DNA of 64,000 bases. Origin: Geosiphon pyriformis uo1 (lineage: Eukaryota; Fungi; Glomeromycota). Made by a program: the position numbers and the translations under genes. The notes under the pieces are model-generated. The model was not told the origin of the DNA and made no database searches. It saw only the letters and a list, made by a program, of their open reading frames with translations. The DNA lies in the NCBI GenBank assembly GCA_016748015.1, contig JAAOMT010000303.1, forward strand, positions 124,001-188,000, written 5' to 3'. Of this stretch, positions 36,736-50,419 are shown piece after piece. Numbering within the stretch: position 1 is the first letter of the stretch; every line of letters begins with the position of its first letter.

Positions 36736-39700
36736 GTTCTGGTATGATACTTTCATTATTGTCACTATACTATTTGAGTTCCTGCTCCTTAGATAGATCA
36801 GGAAGTGCAATATATATTTCAGAGTTTGAATCAGAGTCTGAATTGCTGATATTTTTGTTGCTATTTTGAGCAGAGCTAAAACTGGTGTTTTCATCATCAT
36901 CATTGTCAGGGTTTGAATTGGGATCAAAAACTGATTCCAATTCCAATATGCAGCTACTGATTGGTTCTTCTTCTTCTGGGATCATGTAGATCATGCATGG
37001 TGGTGGATTGTAAATGAGATTACACTCATTACAATATTCAAAGTCACTGGGAATTAAACAATAATGGCACAATCTGGCATTTAATTATTCTAGCCATTGT
37101 TCTTGCTCTTCTCTGGTGGGTGCCAAACATTAGTAATGTTCGTAAAATTCTTCCAGTTTCAATAGGTTTATGACTGGTTCTAAGTCCCAGTCAAGTTCTA
37201 TTGGTTCTGGTGAGTTGTTTTTAATTTTTTTAATTTCCTCAAGTGATGTTCCTTCTATTTTTGCAAGTGTCATTTGCCAGATCTCGTCATCATCATGTGG
37301 ACAACTGTTCAATTGTTGTACTGCTCTTCTCCAGGCTGCTTCTATTGGTGTTCCTTTCTTTACCCAGTCACTGATTAGAATTGTGTATTGGCACAATTCG
37401 TCACACATTTTTTCTTACCCTGGAATGTTGTTCCACATTCCTTCATCCAAGAGAGTTTTTCCACAAGTGAGACAAGGTTGGTTGTCCCATTTTCCTTGCT
37501 TCTTTGGTTATCCAAATCTTTCTATGACACATGTGCAGCAGTAGAATTTGGTTACCATTGCATATTCTTTGTCATCAGCACAACATGTGCCCATTGATGA
37601 CAATTTCTTGTCACAATTGACGTATATAAGTTTTGGTCGACAATAGATAGATTGTGGTGGTATAAAGTAAGTGTAGGAATTAAAAGAAGTGGTGTTGGTG
37701 GTTGTTGTTTCTTTTTTTTTTTCTTTATCATTTTTTTCTTTCTATTCCCAGTTTGATATTGCCTCATTTTTATCATTGTTGGTCCAGGTCAGATCATCAG
37801 TCTCTCAAATAAGCTCTTTTCTTTGTTTTTTCTTTTCATTGTCATTCCATGATAGTATTGGTAACAGTTTGTTGTGGTCTTCATTAGCCTACAAGACTTG
37901 ATATGCTTCCCATGTTGGTTTCCTTTCTTCTTCCTCAAACTTGATAAGTGGGGTTGTTGAGTTGATAGTCTTGAAATGGCCACACATGGCTGGTACACAT
38001 ATGTGTTAACTGTTTTGACTGAGTTGTAATTTTTGAGTGGTCCAATCAAGTATGGCATTAGTTTTGGATAACCAATCATTGCCTACCAATGCTTGATATT
38101 GGGTTGCTTCCATTACTAGGATGTTGATGGAAGTAATGATGCTATTGACTTCGAAAGAGAAGTCGTTGATTTCACCAATGAGAGTTTTGGTTGCTCCATT
38201 AGCAGTTATGATCCTGGCACTGGTGGCGCAATCAACTTGGCAACCTAATTGGTCCATGAGTTGTTTGGTAATTATGCTACCAGCTGATCAACTGTCTAGG
38301 ATCAGTTTGATGGAATGGCCATCAACTTTTGCATCAGTGTACATCACCATGATGGGTTTTTTTTTTAAGGCAACTTCACTAAATAGTGATACTATTGTGG
38401 TTTTCTCGAGTTCAAAAGAGAATATGGCAGCCAATGTTTTGTCATTGGTGACAGTAGCCAAAGGTATGTTGCTAGTAAGTACTGGTTGTCGATTGAATTC
38501 TGAGTTGTGGGAGGTGGCGTCTTTGGGAGTAACCAAGAGACTTAAATAGTGTTGAGAATTTGGATTTTTGGTGGAACCAGTACCCAAATTCCATTGTCAA
38601 GAACCTGATGGTTGTGCTGTAGAACTGGAAATTGGTTAATAGACCACTATTGACAATTTCCAGCTTTGCTGTATTAGTTTTGGTCTTTGAGTTCCATTTT
38701 GAGGTAAGTTCTGTGGCAGTGTTTGAATTTGTTGTGGCTGGTAGATTACCTAAAACTGTGGCTAATAAATGGGTTGAGACTGTGGGTGATAAATGACAGG
38801 TGCTGTTGGCTGATAAATTGGCGGCTGATAAATTTGTGACTGCATTATAGATATGTAATTTGGTTGATATATTTCTGCATTTGATTGATATCTCAGAGTT
38901 AAGAACTGGTGATCAAGGTTTTGATATTGATTTCTCAATTGTTAATTTTCTATTCTTAACTGACAATTGATTCTCAAATGTCCTTGTTTACCACAATAGT
39001 GGCAGATACACATCTCTTACTGCCATGGCTGATTGGCAGATGATGAGGGACGCAACTGATTTTCTGAGCGATTTGTGATTCCTAAATTATTGCATCATTG
39101 GGGTGACTGATAAATTGTGCAATTGTTAGCTAAGTACCTCTCAAGCTTTTGGTTAATGGAGTTACTGAATTGTTTCAATTTGGAATCCAATTCAGATGAT
39201 CTATTCATCACTAGATTGACAGCTTGGGCATGATTAGCTTCGAGTTCAGCTGCTTCAAAATCTCTGGCATTGGTAACTGCAGCTTGAAGGTCTGCTGAAT
39301 GCATTGAACGTATGCATTGGAGGATACTACTGCACAGACCTCTAATAAATTGGTTTAGAATTTGTGTCACTGTGAAATAGTTGGTGTCAATTGCTTGGAT
39401 TTGGTGTAGATTTCAATAGAAGCATCCCAAGTAAGTAGTAACTGCTTTTGTGTTCCCTTGTTTGATAGTGGTGAAGGTGTTTGTTAATCAGTTGATACTA
39501 TTATTGTTACTAAAATATCTTAGAAACTCTAGTTTGAATGCATTAAAGTTTTGGGATTTATTGATTAGGCTCTGATACCAGGAATTGGTAGTGTCCTTGA
39601 GAAAGTATGAGATTGCTTGAAGAGCTCTGACATCATTCTATCCATTTATGGTAATGGCTTTCTCAACATCGTTTAGCCATACTTGGGCATCGTCCTCTTC

Positions 39701-40788
39701 GCCAGTGAAATTGTTGAGTTTTGCAATTGGTGTATATGTTATTGGATCTACATTTGGTTGTTGCTGTTGAATGGGTGGTTGAAGTTGTTGTTGTGGCTGT
39801 TGAATTTGCTAATTTGGTTGTTGAAGTAGTGGTTGTGCTATTAGATTAATTGGTAGATAATTGATAGCAATATTTGGAGATAAGTTTGGTTGATTGATTG
39901 AATTGGGGTTTAGAATATTCTGATTTCATGGTGTTTGAATATTCAGAGTCTTGGTTTCCAGATTTTCTTGATTTAAATTTTTCGGAGTTTGAATGTTCAG
40001 AGTTTCAACTTCCAGGTTTTCTGGAATCGGGTTCTGGTAAGTAAATTCTTGATCCTCAGATTCTCTTTCTTCTTCCAATTCTGATGCTTCCCACAGATTG
40101 GCTATCCCAAAATCTGGTGGAGATAGTGGTAATTGGATTTCTAATAGCGTTGGTGTTTACGATTGAAATCCTTCAAAATATTTGCCATATGGGCCTAGTA
40201 ATTCTGTTTTCCTTTGTTTACTTTGGAATGGGAATCATCTAAATGTTGATATTGTATTTGATGTGGACGTGTTTGGTGATGTGATATAAATGGTACTTCC
40301 CAGAGTATAATAATATGATAGATTTGTGGGTGATTCAACTTTGTGTTTCTTTCAAATAGGTGGTTGGATCTGTTGAAATATTACTGCTGGTGTTTGTAGT
40401 TTTTTTTTGCCTTTACTTAAGTAGGTGATTGGGTATCTTTGTTGTGTGTGATGTTCAATTTCTTTGTTAATCTCAATGATAATGGATGTAAAATTATGAT
40501 TTGTTGATAAGCTGGTGTTTTGTATTAATTTGTGGTAAAAAGTTTCTCTCATTGATTTAGTGTTTACTGATGTCTCTAACAAATAGGCAATTTTTTCATT
40601 GACATAAAAATTGAAGGCTAATTCCGCTGATATATGATTGTAATTTAATCCCAAGTGTTGACAATAGTGTTGAAATAAGGATTTCACAAATCCTAAATGG
40701 TTTACTCCTATACTTTCTGATTCTGCCACTGTTGATTAGTTGTTGGTGCTGGTTCTCTGTAAGATTATACCTTACAGGAAGCACCAAA

Positions 40789-41607
40789 TGTTACTGATAA
40801 TTATTTGGGGTCTTAAATCAAATAACAAATCCATAACTTGGTGCTTAATATCTTAACAAGGCTGGTAACACTGGTACATTGGTTGTATCTGAAGGTTTTT
40901 AGAGTTAAGTCTTTTGTATAATAGACAGAAATTTAGTTGATGGTTTTATCTGTAGCTTCCCGAAACTGCAGTTTTGTCAAATTTTTTTCTCAGTGTGATG
41001 GCCAGTAATCTTTCTGGTAAGCTATCCTCAAATCTATGAGTGTTCTACCCTTGTTTCACAGGTTTTTTACCAGTCCCTATGACATCTGTATCTTAGCGCT
41101 TAATCTTTAATCAATTTTAGTAAAACCAAAGAAATAACAAAGAAATAAAAAAAAATAAAAAAAAATAAAAAAAATTAACAAAAAGCAATTACAAGTTAGT
41201 ATTCCATCAATAGTTGTGATCAAGAGCTATTGTTTCAGTGTAGTTAAGTATCAATTATTATCAACATAAAGTGTTGATAGTAAAGAGGGGATTAAGATAG
41301 TAAATAATTATTTATTAATATTTGTGATTTGGAAAGTTGTTTTAGATTAAATCTAAATGAAAAAGTTTTCTAACTAAGGATTCTACCTTTTCTACTTCTA
41401 ATACTACTGCTATATATACATAATTGAGATTCCTCAATTCCTCAATTTTTTACCTCAAGAATCCTACAATTCCTTTTGAGAGGAATTCTGGAATTCTGGA
41501 ATCCTGCAATTCCTCTTGAGAAGAATCCTGAGATTCCACATTTACTACGGCTACCTCTGATTGGCTATTTTATGTGCTAATATATTTTTTATATTCTATG
41601 AATAACA
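40789..41607 (-). repeat. 5' LTR of copy F
   Basis: Termini TGTTATTCATAG...AGTAACA; GGAATTC-rich U3 at 41430-41540. Confidence 0.9.
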
Positions 41608-42199
41608 TCAACAAAGTTTTGAACAATAGTTTTTATATTTTACAAGATCAATATAAAATAATTTTTAATAATCATTCTGTTTATAATACATGATTCAAAA
41701 AATATTACAAACAATTTAATTATTTATCTGTTGTAATAATACTGACCCAAATTATCAGCAAAAATCAGATATAAATAAATACACTATTCTCAAAACAGAG
41801 GTATTTTCAATCAACATAAACAATTATTTCCTGAATTAAAACATTTAAAATGTCATCTATACTTTTCATGAGTATTGAATTAAAAACTATCTAAATACTA
41901 TTTTGACTATTAGAAAACAGATTACTATAACTAATAACAATAGAACATATACTGTTATTAGACCAAAAAAAATTACTACCAGAAAAAAAAAATTAGTAAC
42001 AAAATAGATAAATATCTGCTAGAAAGTATAACAGCAGTGATACTTTTACTTTCTATTACAATTGAAAAAATAATTAAAAAAATCTTATTCATAGACAAAA
42101 ACTTGTTATATAAAAAGCAACTAGAACTTTATGGTTGTCTTGATAAAATTATAAAAAATATAAAACTTATGAAAAAAACAATTTTAAAAATATAAGTAA

Positions 42200-43100
42200 A
42201 AATTTTGGTCATTATACAATTAAATATCTTAAGAGTTTTGATTATTGTTAAAAGAGCCAAAACTTTTATACAAAGATTTGGTCTCTTAGATATAAAACTT
42301 ATTTTATCTCAGTTATTATATATTTTATTCACAAAAGATTTCAACAAACTAGTTAGTTTTGAGTTAAACAAAATCTTTTAAATAGATTATCTTATAAATA
42401 GCTTAATTTTGCCAGAGTTTAATCTCTTTAAAAAAGATAATATTATGATTAAAACTCATATTTTTTATTAACTATTACATGTATTAGCCATTAATGTCAT
42501 ATAATTAGCCATTTTATTTTTAAATAGTAATTAATAAACTGACTATTGATCTGATTATTAAATATTTTTAATAGCTATATAAGCAATAAGTCTTTTAACT
42601 ATAGAAGAATATGATCAAAGTAACGAAATAAAACTCACTATTGATTACTTCCTTTCATATCACTTATTCTCATTTTCTTATTTTCAAGTATTTAAACATC
42701 TTGAGATAAAAAATTACTTGTTGGTATTACATATTTTATCTTTTTTTTTGATTTGTATTGTTAGAATTAGCCTAAAAAGTGAATGTTTACTCTTGTAATT
42801 TATTGAATAAAAAAATAGTTGAAAAGCACAACAATATCTGTTATTGATTTTAAAAATTGCTAAGTTGAGACATAAAATAATAGCAGCAGTATTATTTTGT
42901 TAATAATCATAAACTATTTCTCTATCTTCAGATTTCTAGAAAAGATTCATGATTGTAATTTTTATAAGACTAATCATGCACATTAAATCTTTACTTATTT
43001 AATTTACTCTTTTATTGTAATTCTCTCTTTAATTATTTTTATTATCCTACAATCTTGTTCTTTCTTGCTATTCATTAGCTTGTTATTCCAATCTGTAACA
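42200..43100 (+). mobile_element. LTR family 3: 3' internal segment, PPT and LTR (42441-43100)
   Basis: aaaaaagataa|tattatgattaaaactc...aatctgtaaca; reverse-complement match to 52576-53518. Confidence 0.7.
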
Positions 43101-43107
43101 ATATAAT

Positions 43108-43423
43108 TGTAACATTTGAAAATTATTAAATAAAATGTAACTGAAAAATATATTTAATATCTAATATCAAATTCTAAAAATACTAACATAAGACATAAAA
43201 TTATAACAATATGTTATCATTTGTTAATAATATAAACTATTTCTTTACCTCAGTTATTTTTTGAAAAAATAGCAACTGAAATATTTTATAAGACTGATCT
43301 CACATATTGAATTTATATTTATTCAATTCATTTCTTGAAGTTGAATTTTTTTTGATTAATTCTAATATCTTATAATCTTGTTTTTTTTTGCTATTTGTTA
43401 GTTTGTTATTTTAATCCATAACA
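43108..43423 (+). repeat. Partial family-3 LTR (3' half)
   Basis: Similar to 47030-47359; ends ccataaca. Confidence 0.6.
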
Positions 43424-43486
43424 GTATGACTACTAAAAAAAAAAAATTCATATAATACTAGAGCTTAATTTCTTTAAAAAAAATAA

Positions 43487-44198
43487 TATTATGATTAAAA
43501 CTCATAATTTTTATTAGTTATTACATATATTAGCCACTAGTATTATATAATTAGCCACCTTATTTTTAGATAGTAATTAATAACTTAATTATTAACTTAA
43601 TTATTAACTTAATTAATAATCTAATTATTAACTTAATTAATAATTTGGTCATTGACCATTTTTAATAGCTATATAAACAATAAGTTTTTTAGCTATAAAA
43701 AAACATAATCAAAATAATAAAATAAAACTCACTATTAATTACTTCTTCTTATATCACTTATTTTTTTTCCTTACCTTTAAGTATTTAAATATTTTGAAAT
43801 AAAAAATTATTTTTTGGTCTTTATATACCTTATTTTTTCTCTTTTTTAATTTGTATTGTTAAGAATTAGTTTAAAAAGCAATTGCTTGTTTTTGTAATTT
43901 ATTAAATAAAAAAATAATTAAAAAACACAATAATATCTGTTATTGATTCTAAAAATTACTAAGTTAAGACATAAAATAATAGCAGCAGTATTATTTTATT
44001 AACAATTATAGACTATTTCTCTATTTATAAATTTTCAGAAAAAATTTAGAATTGTGATTTTTATAAGACTGATTATATATATTAAATTCTTACTTATTCA
44101 ATTTACTCTCTTATTGTAATTTTTTTTTGATTAATTTTATCATTCTACAATTCTGTTTTCTTTTGTTATCTATTAGCTTGTTACTCTAACTTGTAATA
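43487..44198 (+). repeat. Family-3 LTR preceded by a PPT
   Basis: aaaaaaaataa|tattatgattaaaactc...ttgtaata; internal ~12-bp tandem repeat (ttaattattaac)n. Confidence 0.72.
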
Positions 44199-44299
44199 TT
44201 AAAGTTCATATTTATTATAAATAAATACAAAAACATTGATATAATCTAATATAAAGCTTTGAAAATATATATTGAATAACCAAATACCAAATAATCTTA

Positions 44300-45870
44300 A
44301 TATAATGCAAAAAAATACTATTTACATCCAGATTTCTAATACTTTACTACCACAATAGAAAAACATTCAAGAAAAATTAAGACTCAAAAAAGATCTGAAA
44401 ATATTAACAGATGACTCATTAATAAAACCTAATTCTAAAAACACTAAAAAAGCAGCTGTTTTTGTAATACATAAAATAGAAACCAACTTTAATATAACAA
44501 TAGATAAAACACTTTCATTAACAAAAATTAAAGCAAAAGCTGTACTGTTAGCTATAGAAGCAATATCTTACAAATACAAACTAATATTAAACACAAATAG
44601 TTAAACAGTAGTGTTAACAGCTTAAAAATAATTGGCTAAAGATTTTTTTCTGTTTATTAAGAAGCAGTTCAAAACTCTCAATTAGTATATATAAAATGCA
44701 ATTAAATTAGTAATAAGTAAAAAATAGATTGATTTTATTATAAACAAAATAACTGTTTATACTAGAATACCTAAAAATAAAAAAACTAACAAAATAGCCA
44801 AAGAAGCTACTGCTTTTAATGCACTAGAGTGAATTTATAATACTAAAAACACCAGTTACATTCTTTTTTGTAAAAAAATTAAAATAAATTTAAATATTAG
44901 GTACTTTATAAACTGACAGGCTGAATTTTAAACAGCTATAAATTGAATTGGTAATAACAAAATCTAAGAAAAGTCACCAAGATCTTTAGATTCTAAAATA
45001 GATTAAAACTGCTCAATTAAAGTTTGAAACTAAAATAAAAAAATATTATTAGGCTTTAACTTAGCTAAATTTTCAACAATATGTACATTTATTATGAAAT
45101 TATTTTACAATATGCTGTTAACAATAACAGTATTATATAATAGATAGCTTCTAGTGTATTTAAACAACTTGTACAAACAATATTACATAAAAGTTAAAAC
45201 CAATTAACACTTTTGAAAATGCTCTCTGAATACTGAAATAGATAAGAAATTGGTAGATAAGATCAAAAATAAATAGATACAGTGCTTATTAAAAACTGTG
45301 AAAATAAAACATAAAAGTACAAATTTTAAAGAAAAAACTAATTTGTCTAAAAAATATATTATGTCAACATTTAATATAGATTTATTATACAGAGAATTAA
45401 TTAATAAGCAGTTTGAAAAAATTAATGCTTTTGCTAATATTAATTTAAACATTAACAAAACATATTAATTAAAGTATGTAAATAAATAATAACATAAACA
45501 AAAAAGATACTATAAAAAAATTGTTGTAAAATACAGATTAAATAAAAAAAATTAGCAAATATTGAGTTCAGAGTTTAGAAAAGCCCATTATATATATCAC
45601 AAATACAAAAAATATTAAGAGTAAAAACTGCAAACTTAAATTAATAAAGGTAATAAATTTACAATATGTAATAAAATTCTGATCAAAGTTTTTTGTAATA
45701 AGATTACTTTAAGTAATTGTGTAATACTTTTTAAATTTTCTGGTTAATTAATATATAGTTAGACATAACTATTTAGTAATTAACCATATTTTGTAATTTA
45801 GATTATTGGATAAGTTGGCTTTATGAAAAAGCCACATTTTTAAGTATGGTTAAACTAATAAAAAACTAGT
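44300..45870 (+). mobile_element. 3' portion of a LINE-like element: RNase H, CCHC knuckle, 3' UTR and A tail
   Basis: LTDDSL (TDGSL)...KAKAVLLAIEAI...NTNS* (TDSQ)...KITVYTRIPKNKKTNKIAKEA (KVAAHTG..NE.AD..AK); C..Y...H..C at ~45170-45222; ends ctaataaaaaa. Confidence 0.65.
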
Positions 45871-45899
45871 ATATATTAATAAAAAAAAGTTTTTTAGTT

Positions 45900-46530
45900 T
45901 ATAAATTTTCTAATGTTTAAATTTATTTTTACCCTCTTATAAAAAAAAATATAACTAATGCTTTTACTATTATAATTCTATTCTAATGTGTTATAAGCAG
46001 TAGCTTTTTTAATTAATTTATTAGCTCTTTTATTTTTAAGTATTTTAATATAAGCAGTAACTTTGTTTATAAGAAGATCAATATATTTTTTAGTTATTAT
46101 TGCTTTAATCATATTCTATATTTACTAATTAAAAGTTTTAAACTGCTTTCTAATTAATAAAGTATTGTTTTTAGCCAACCATTTTTGAGCTGTTAATACT
46201 ACTGCTTAACTGTCTGTGTTTATTATTAAATTATACTTATATGATATTGCTTCTGAAGTTAATAATACAGCTTTTGTTTTAGTTTTTGTTAATAAGAGTG
46301 TTTTATTTATTGTTATATCAAAGTTGGCCTCTATTTTATATAATACAAAAACAGCTGTTCTTCTAAAATTTTTAGAATCTGGTCTTACCAATAAATCATC
46401 TATTAATATTTTTAGATCTTTTTTGAGTCTTAATTTTTCTTATATATTTCTCTATTATAATAGTAAAATATTAAAAATCTGAATATAAATAGTGTTTTTT
46501 TGCATTGTGTTAAAGTTAAGCTATATTAAT
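45900..46530 (-). mobile_element. Inverted second copy of the RNase H segment
   Basis: ORF 46206-46391 (…AVLLTSEAISYKYNLIINTDS) is homologous to 44420-44600. Confidence 0.65.
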
Positions 46531-46650
46531 CTAATTGTTATAATTATAAGTTTATTAAAAAATAAATAAAAAAAACTTGGTTTATACAAAAAACCAAGAA
46601 TAAATAAGTTTTTTCAATAGTAGTAATTTCCAAGAAAAGTAGAATCTTAT

Positions 46651-47359
46651 TGTTATAGTTAAAAATTATAGTTTTTATTAATTATTACATATATTAGCCA
46701 TTAATATTATATAATTAACCACTTTATTTTTAAAAAGTAATTAATAATTTTATTAATAATCTAATCATTAATCTGATTATTAACCTAATTATTAATCTGA
46801 TTAATAACTTGATTATTAACTTAGTTATTGATTACTTTAAATAGCTATATAAATAATGTATTTTTTAGTTTTAGAAAAATATGTTCAAATATATAAAACA
46901 TATATATATTAAAGTAATAAAAATTACTTTTAAATATTCAATTCTTTTTAATTCACTTATTTTTTTTTCTAATTTTTTTTAAGTATCTAAACATTTTTGT
47001 AATAAAAAATTACTTGTTAATATTTATCTGTAATTGTTAGTTTTGAAGATTATTAAATAAATATTACTAAAAAGTACAATTAATACTTAATATTAAATTC
47101 TAAAAATGCTAATATAAAACATAAAATTATATTAGTGTGTTATTTTTTGTTAACAATATGAACTATTTTTCTATTTTTAGATTTTTTTTTACTTTTTTAA
47201 AAGAATAGTAACTGAGATATTTATAAGACTAATCTTACATATTGAATTTCTATTAATTTAATTTACTTTTTGAAATTGAATTCTTTTTTGATTATTTTTA
47301 TTATTATACAATTTTGTTTTATCTTGCTATTTATTAACTTATTACTTTAATCTGTAATA
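46651..47359 (+). repeat. Family-3 LTR
   Basis: Termini TGTTATAGTT...TCTGTAATA; no matching TSD found. Confidence 0.7.
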
Positions 47360-48059
47360 TAAAAGTAATATTCTTTCTAATATTGTCAAATTTGACTTTG
47401 TTTTCTATTGTATAAATAATTATTCATATTTATTACAACAATTAAAAAAATACTTTAAAGCTTGCAACAAAAATAATCTAAACTTTATTAAATTCAATTT
47501 TTTATCTTTTTGCTTAATTTGCTTTTCTGTTTAAAATCAATTTAATAGACAATTTCAAGACTTTTGAAACTAATTTTTAAATGAATATTCAGCTAAAACC
47601 TATACAGTTTATACTATATATTTCTTTAACCAAACTTATTTTGAAGATTTTTTTTAAAAAAAAAACATTAATTAGCTCTTATATTTGACAATCTTTGAAT
47701 AACAGTTTCTTAATTTCGAATATTTGAATTACTAAATTCACATTTAAATTACTGCCTACCAGTTAGCTCAAACTTTTTTTAAAACAAAAAAAGAAAATTA
47801 TTAAACTGCTCCTGTTTTTGATTTTTTTTTAAATGAATTAGATCTTTTTACAAAAACAGTTACTTTTGAACCAATGGCTAATAATCTCATATAAACAAAT
47901 ATTTTGGCTGTTCTCCAAGGCATACAAACAGTTTTAAAATAAAAACAATATTCTACTGCTCTTATTTAGAGATAATACACAAGATTAAATTAAATAGTTA
48001 AATAATTTTAAAAAAACAACAATAAAAAAACTCTTTTTTTCCTATTTTTTATAACTATA

Positions 48060-50410
48060 ACAAGAACTAAGAGTAAAAAAGTTGTAAACATTACTTTTTT
48101 TATAGTAACTAATAAAGTTTTAACACAAAAAAGTTTTTTTGTTATTGAAGCAACTAGAAAAAACGTTTTAGCTATATTTCTTTTAAAAAATATTAGTAAA
48201 AAACTGCTTTTAACAGCTTTTAATTTATTTTCTTTACTTTTGGTTGGTAATTCTTCTTCTGTCAAAGTTTTTTCCAAAAAACACACTTGAATTAGTTCTA
48301 GTATTGTTTTTATAACTTCTAAAAGCCCAAAATATTTTAATAACAGACTAGTTAACAAGTTAATTTTTTCTGCTTTTATTATTCTTACTACTATTACTAC
48401 TACTATTTTTGCTTTACAAATTGCTAAAAAAGCCAAAAAACAGCAGCAAACACTTGTAACTATTATAATTATACTGAATCTCTTTGTGATTTTAAATAAA
48501 ATCTTGAAAAAAATTTTTACAACAACAGCCAACTTTTTTTCTAATATAAATAACAACAGCAATAGCATATCTTCTAAAATAAAACAGAATTAACCATTGG
48601 CTGTATTGCTTAATATGATATTTTTTGGCAAATTATTACTGTTTATAAAAACAAAACAATTTATAATCACAGATAATTTTAAAGTTTGAGCTGATCAAAT
48701 AAAAATAGAATTATATCTTCTTTTTTTAGTTTTTAGTATTGTTAATAGTAATGTTTGAGTGAATGTAAATAGCCATCAAAGATTTTCTAAGTAGATAGTC
48801 TTTGTTTTGGTATTTAATGTTATATTTAAAATAAAAATAGTTTTGTTCAATTTCTTGTTTTAATTGCTATCTGGCTATATTGGGCTTAAGTCTGTTTTAA
48901 AAGATGCTGTTAAGTTGTTCTATGTAAAATTTGCATCTTAGAAGAGTCTAAATAATGTTACCAAAGTAATCATTAATAATAAAATTTTTTTGATCACTCT
49001 TAAAATTATATATTTTTTTTTGATAATTTCTGTTTTTTTCTTCTCTTTTTTAATTACATCTTATAATGTATCTTTAGATATCTTTTCTAATAACATTAAA
49101 ACTGCTTTTGACATTTTTGGTGTTATTATTTTAGTCAAATTGAAGCCTGCTGGCTTGTGACAATATGCTGTAATTTACTTTAAAGACACTTTTTCTGCTG
49201 CTGCTTTTATTCACTGGTCTGTACTGGTTAAAAAGAACAGAATTAAAATTTTTTTTGTAGTTAACCAAAAAAAATTATTATTTTAAAAGATGCTTTTAAA
49301 GCAAAGTTAATCAATTTTTTTTTTGGCTGTACTGTTTTTGAGATTAATAATTTGGTCTTTCAAGTTGGTAGTCACACATGTTTTATTTTCTGCCTTTTTA
49401 AGTTGTACTAATATCAATGCTTTGTTGTGATTATTTTTGATTTTTTAGAATCTTTAAACAATGCTGTATTAAAAATTAGTATCTTGTATAACTACTGTAT
49501 CTGATAAGAAACTTCTAAATATTGTTATTATTACAGATGTTAAAATTTGGATTATTTGACTATAGACTATAAAGTATTATCATTTTTTTCTTCCAAATTC
49601 TCTTTCAACTCTGTTGGTAGCTCCAAAATTTTTAAATTGTTGTTTGCTGAAGCTAAATTTTATGTCAAAGCTGCTGTTTTTGTGGTTTTTTCTATTGTTG
49701 CTACTGCTAATATGAATCTAATATTTAGTGTTTTCTCAAAGTTATAATATTTATGTTGTTTATTGTTTTTGTTATTTCAAATACTACTGTTAAATCTAAG
49801 TTGGCTTTTCTGAAATTTTATCTTAATAAATTATCTTTGTTAATAAAATTTATAGTTGAACCTATTGGCTTTTTGGTTGTATTAATTACTACTTTTTTGT
49901 TTATTTTTATCTGCCATAGATGTAACAATAAAAAAAAGTGTGGCTGAAATAACAAAACAAATTAAAACTGTTAATGTTGTGACTTTTAAGCTGCAAAAAA
50001 ACATGGTAAACTTAAAAAAAAGTGTGAATAAGTTTACTTGGTAGATGTATCTAATAATAATAATAATAATAATATAGATAATAATAATAATAATAATAAT
50101 AATAATTTTTCAATTTATAATAATACCTTTGACAAAATAGTAGAATTATAAGCAGTTTAATTTTTAGATATTGAATTTAATTCCAATCAAATTACTAAGT
50201 AAATAAATAGTCTTGTTAAAAACAGTTATAAACTTATTAATATTATAAATAAAATAGATGAATTAGATATGTTTAATATATTAAATAACATAAATAATAT
50301 TAATATATAGTTATAGCTTTCTGTTTATAATTAGCCACATCTTGTAATTTATATTATTGAATAAGCTGGCTTTATAAAAGTGTTATAATTTAGTGAACAA
50401 AACTAATAAA
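48060..50410 (+). mobile_element. LINE-like ORF1 remnant (RRM-like region and CCHC knuckle) with the 3' UTR motif also seen at 45750-45870
   Basis: KLKPAGL*QYAV..F (RRM-like); CYYYRC*NLDYLTIDY at ~49520 (decayed CxxC..H..C); 3' motif ttgtaattt...ataagctggctttat. Confidence 0.6.
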
Positions 50411-50419
50411 TAACTGGTA

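Larger units (their letters stand above)
33660..41607 (-). mobile_element. Ty3/Gypsy copy F (5' LTR to integrase core; truncated)
   Basis: LTR 40789-41607 plus PBS. Gag, PR and dUTPase ORF fragments share one frame. RT/RH at 34531-35830, IN ATG at 34469, break after FIPSILFAYWTI. Confidence 0.92.

Noticed and set aside
41608-42200. Possible coding remnant next to copy F
   Set aside because: Looks like decayed coding DNA but no motif could be assigned.
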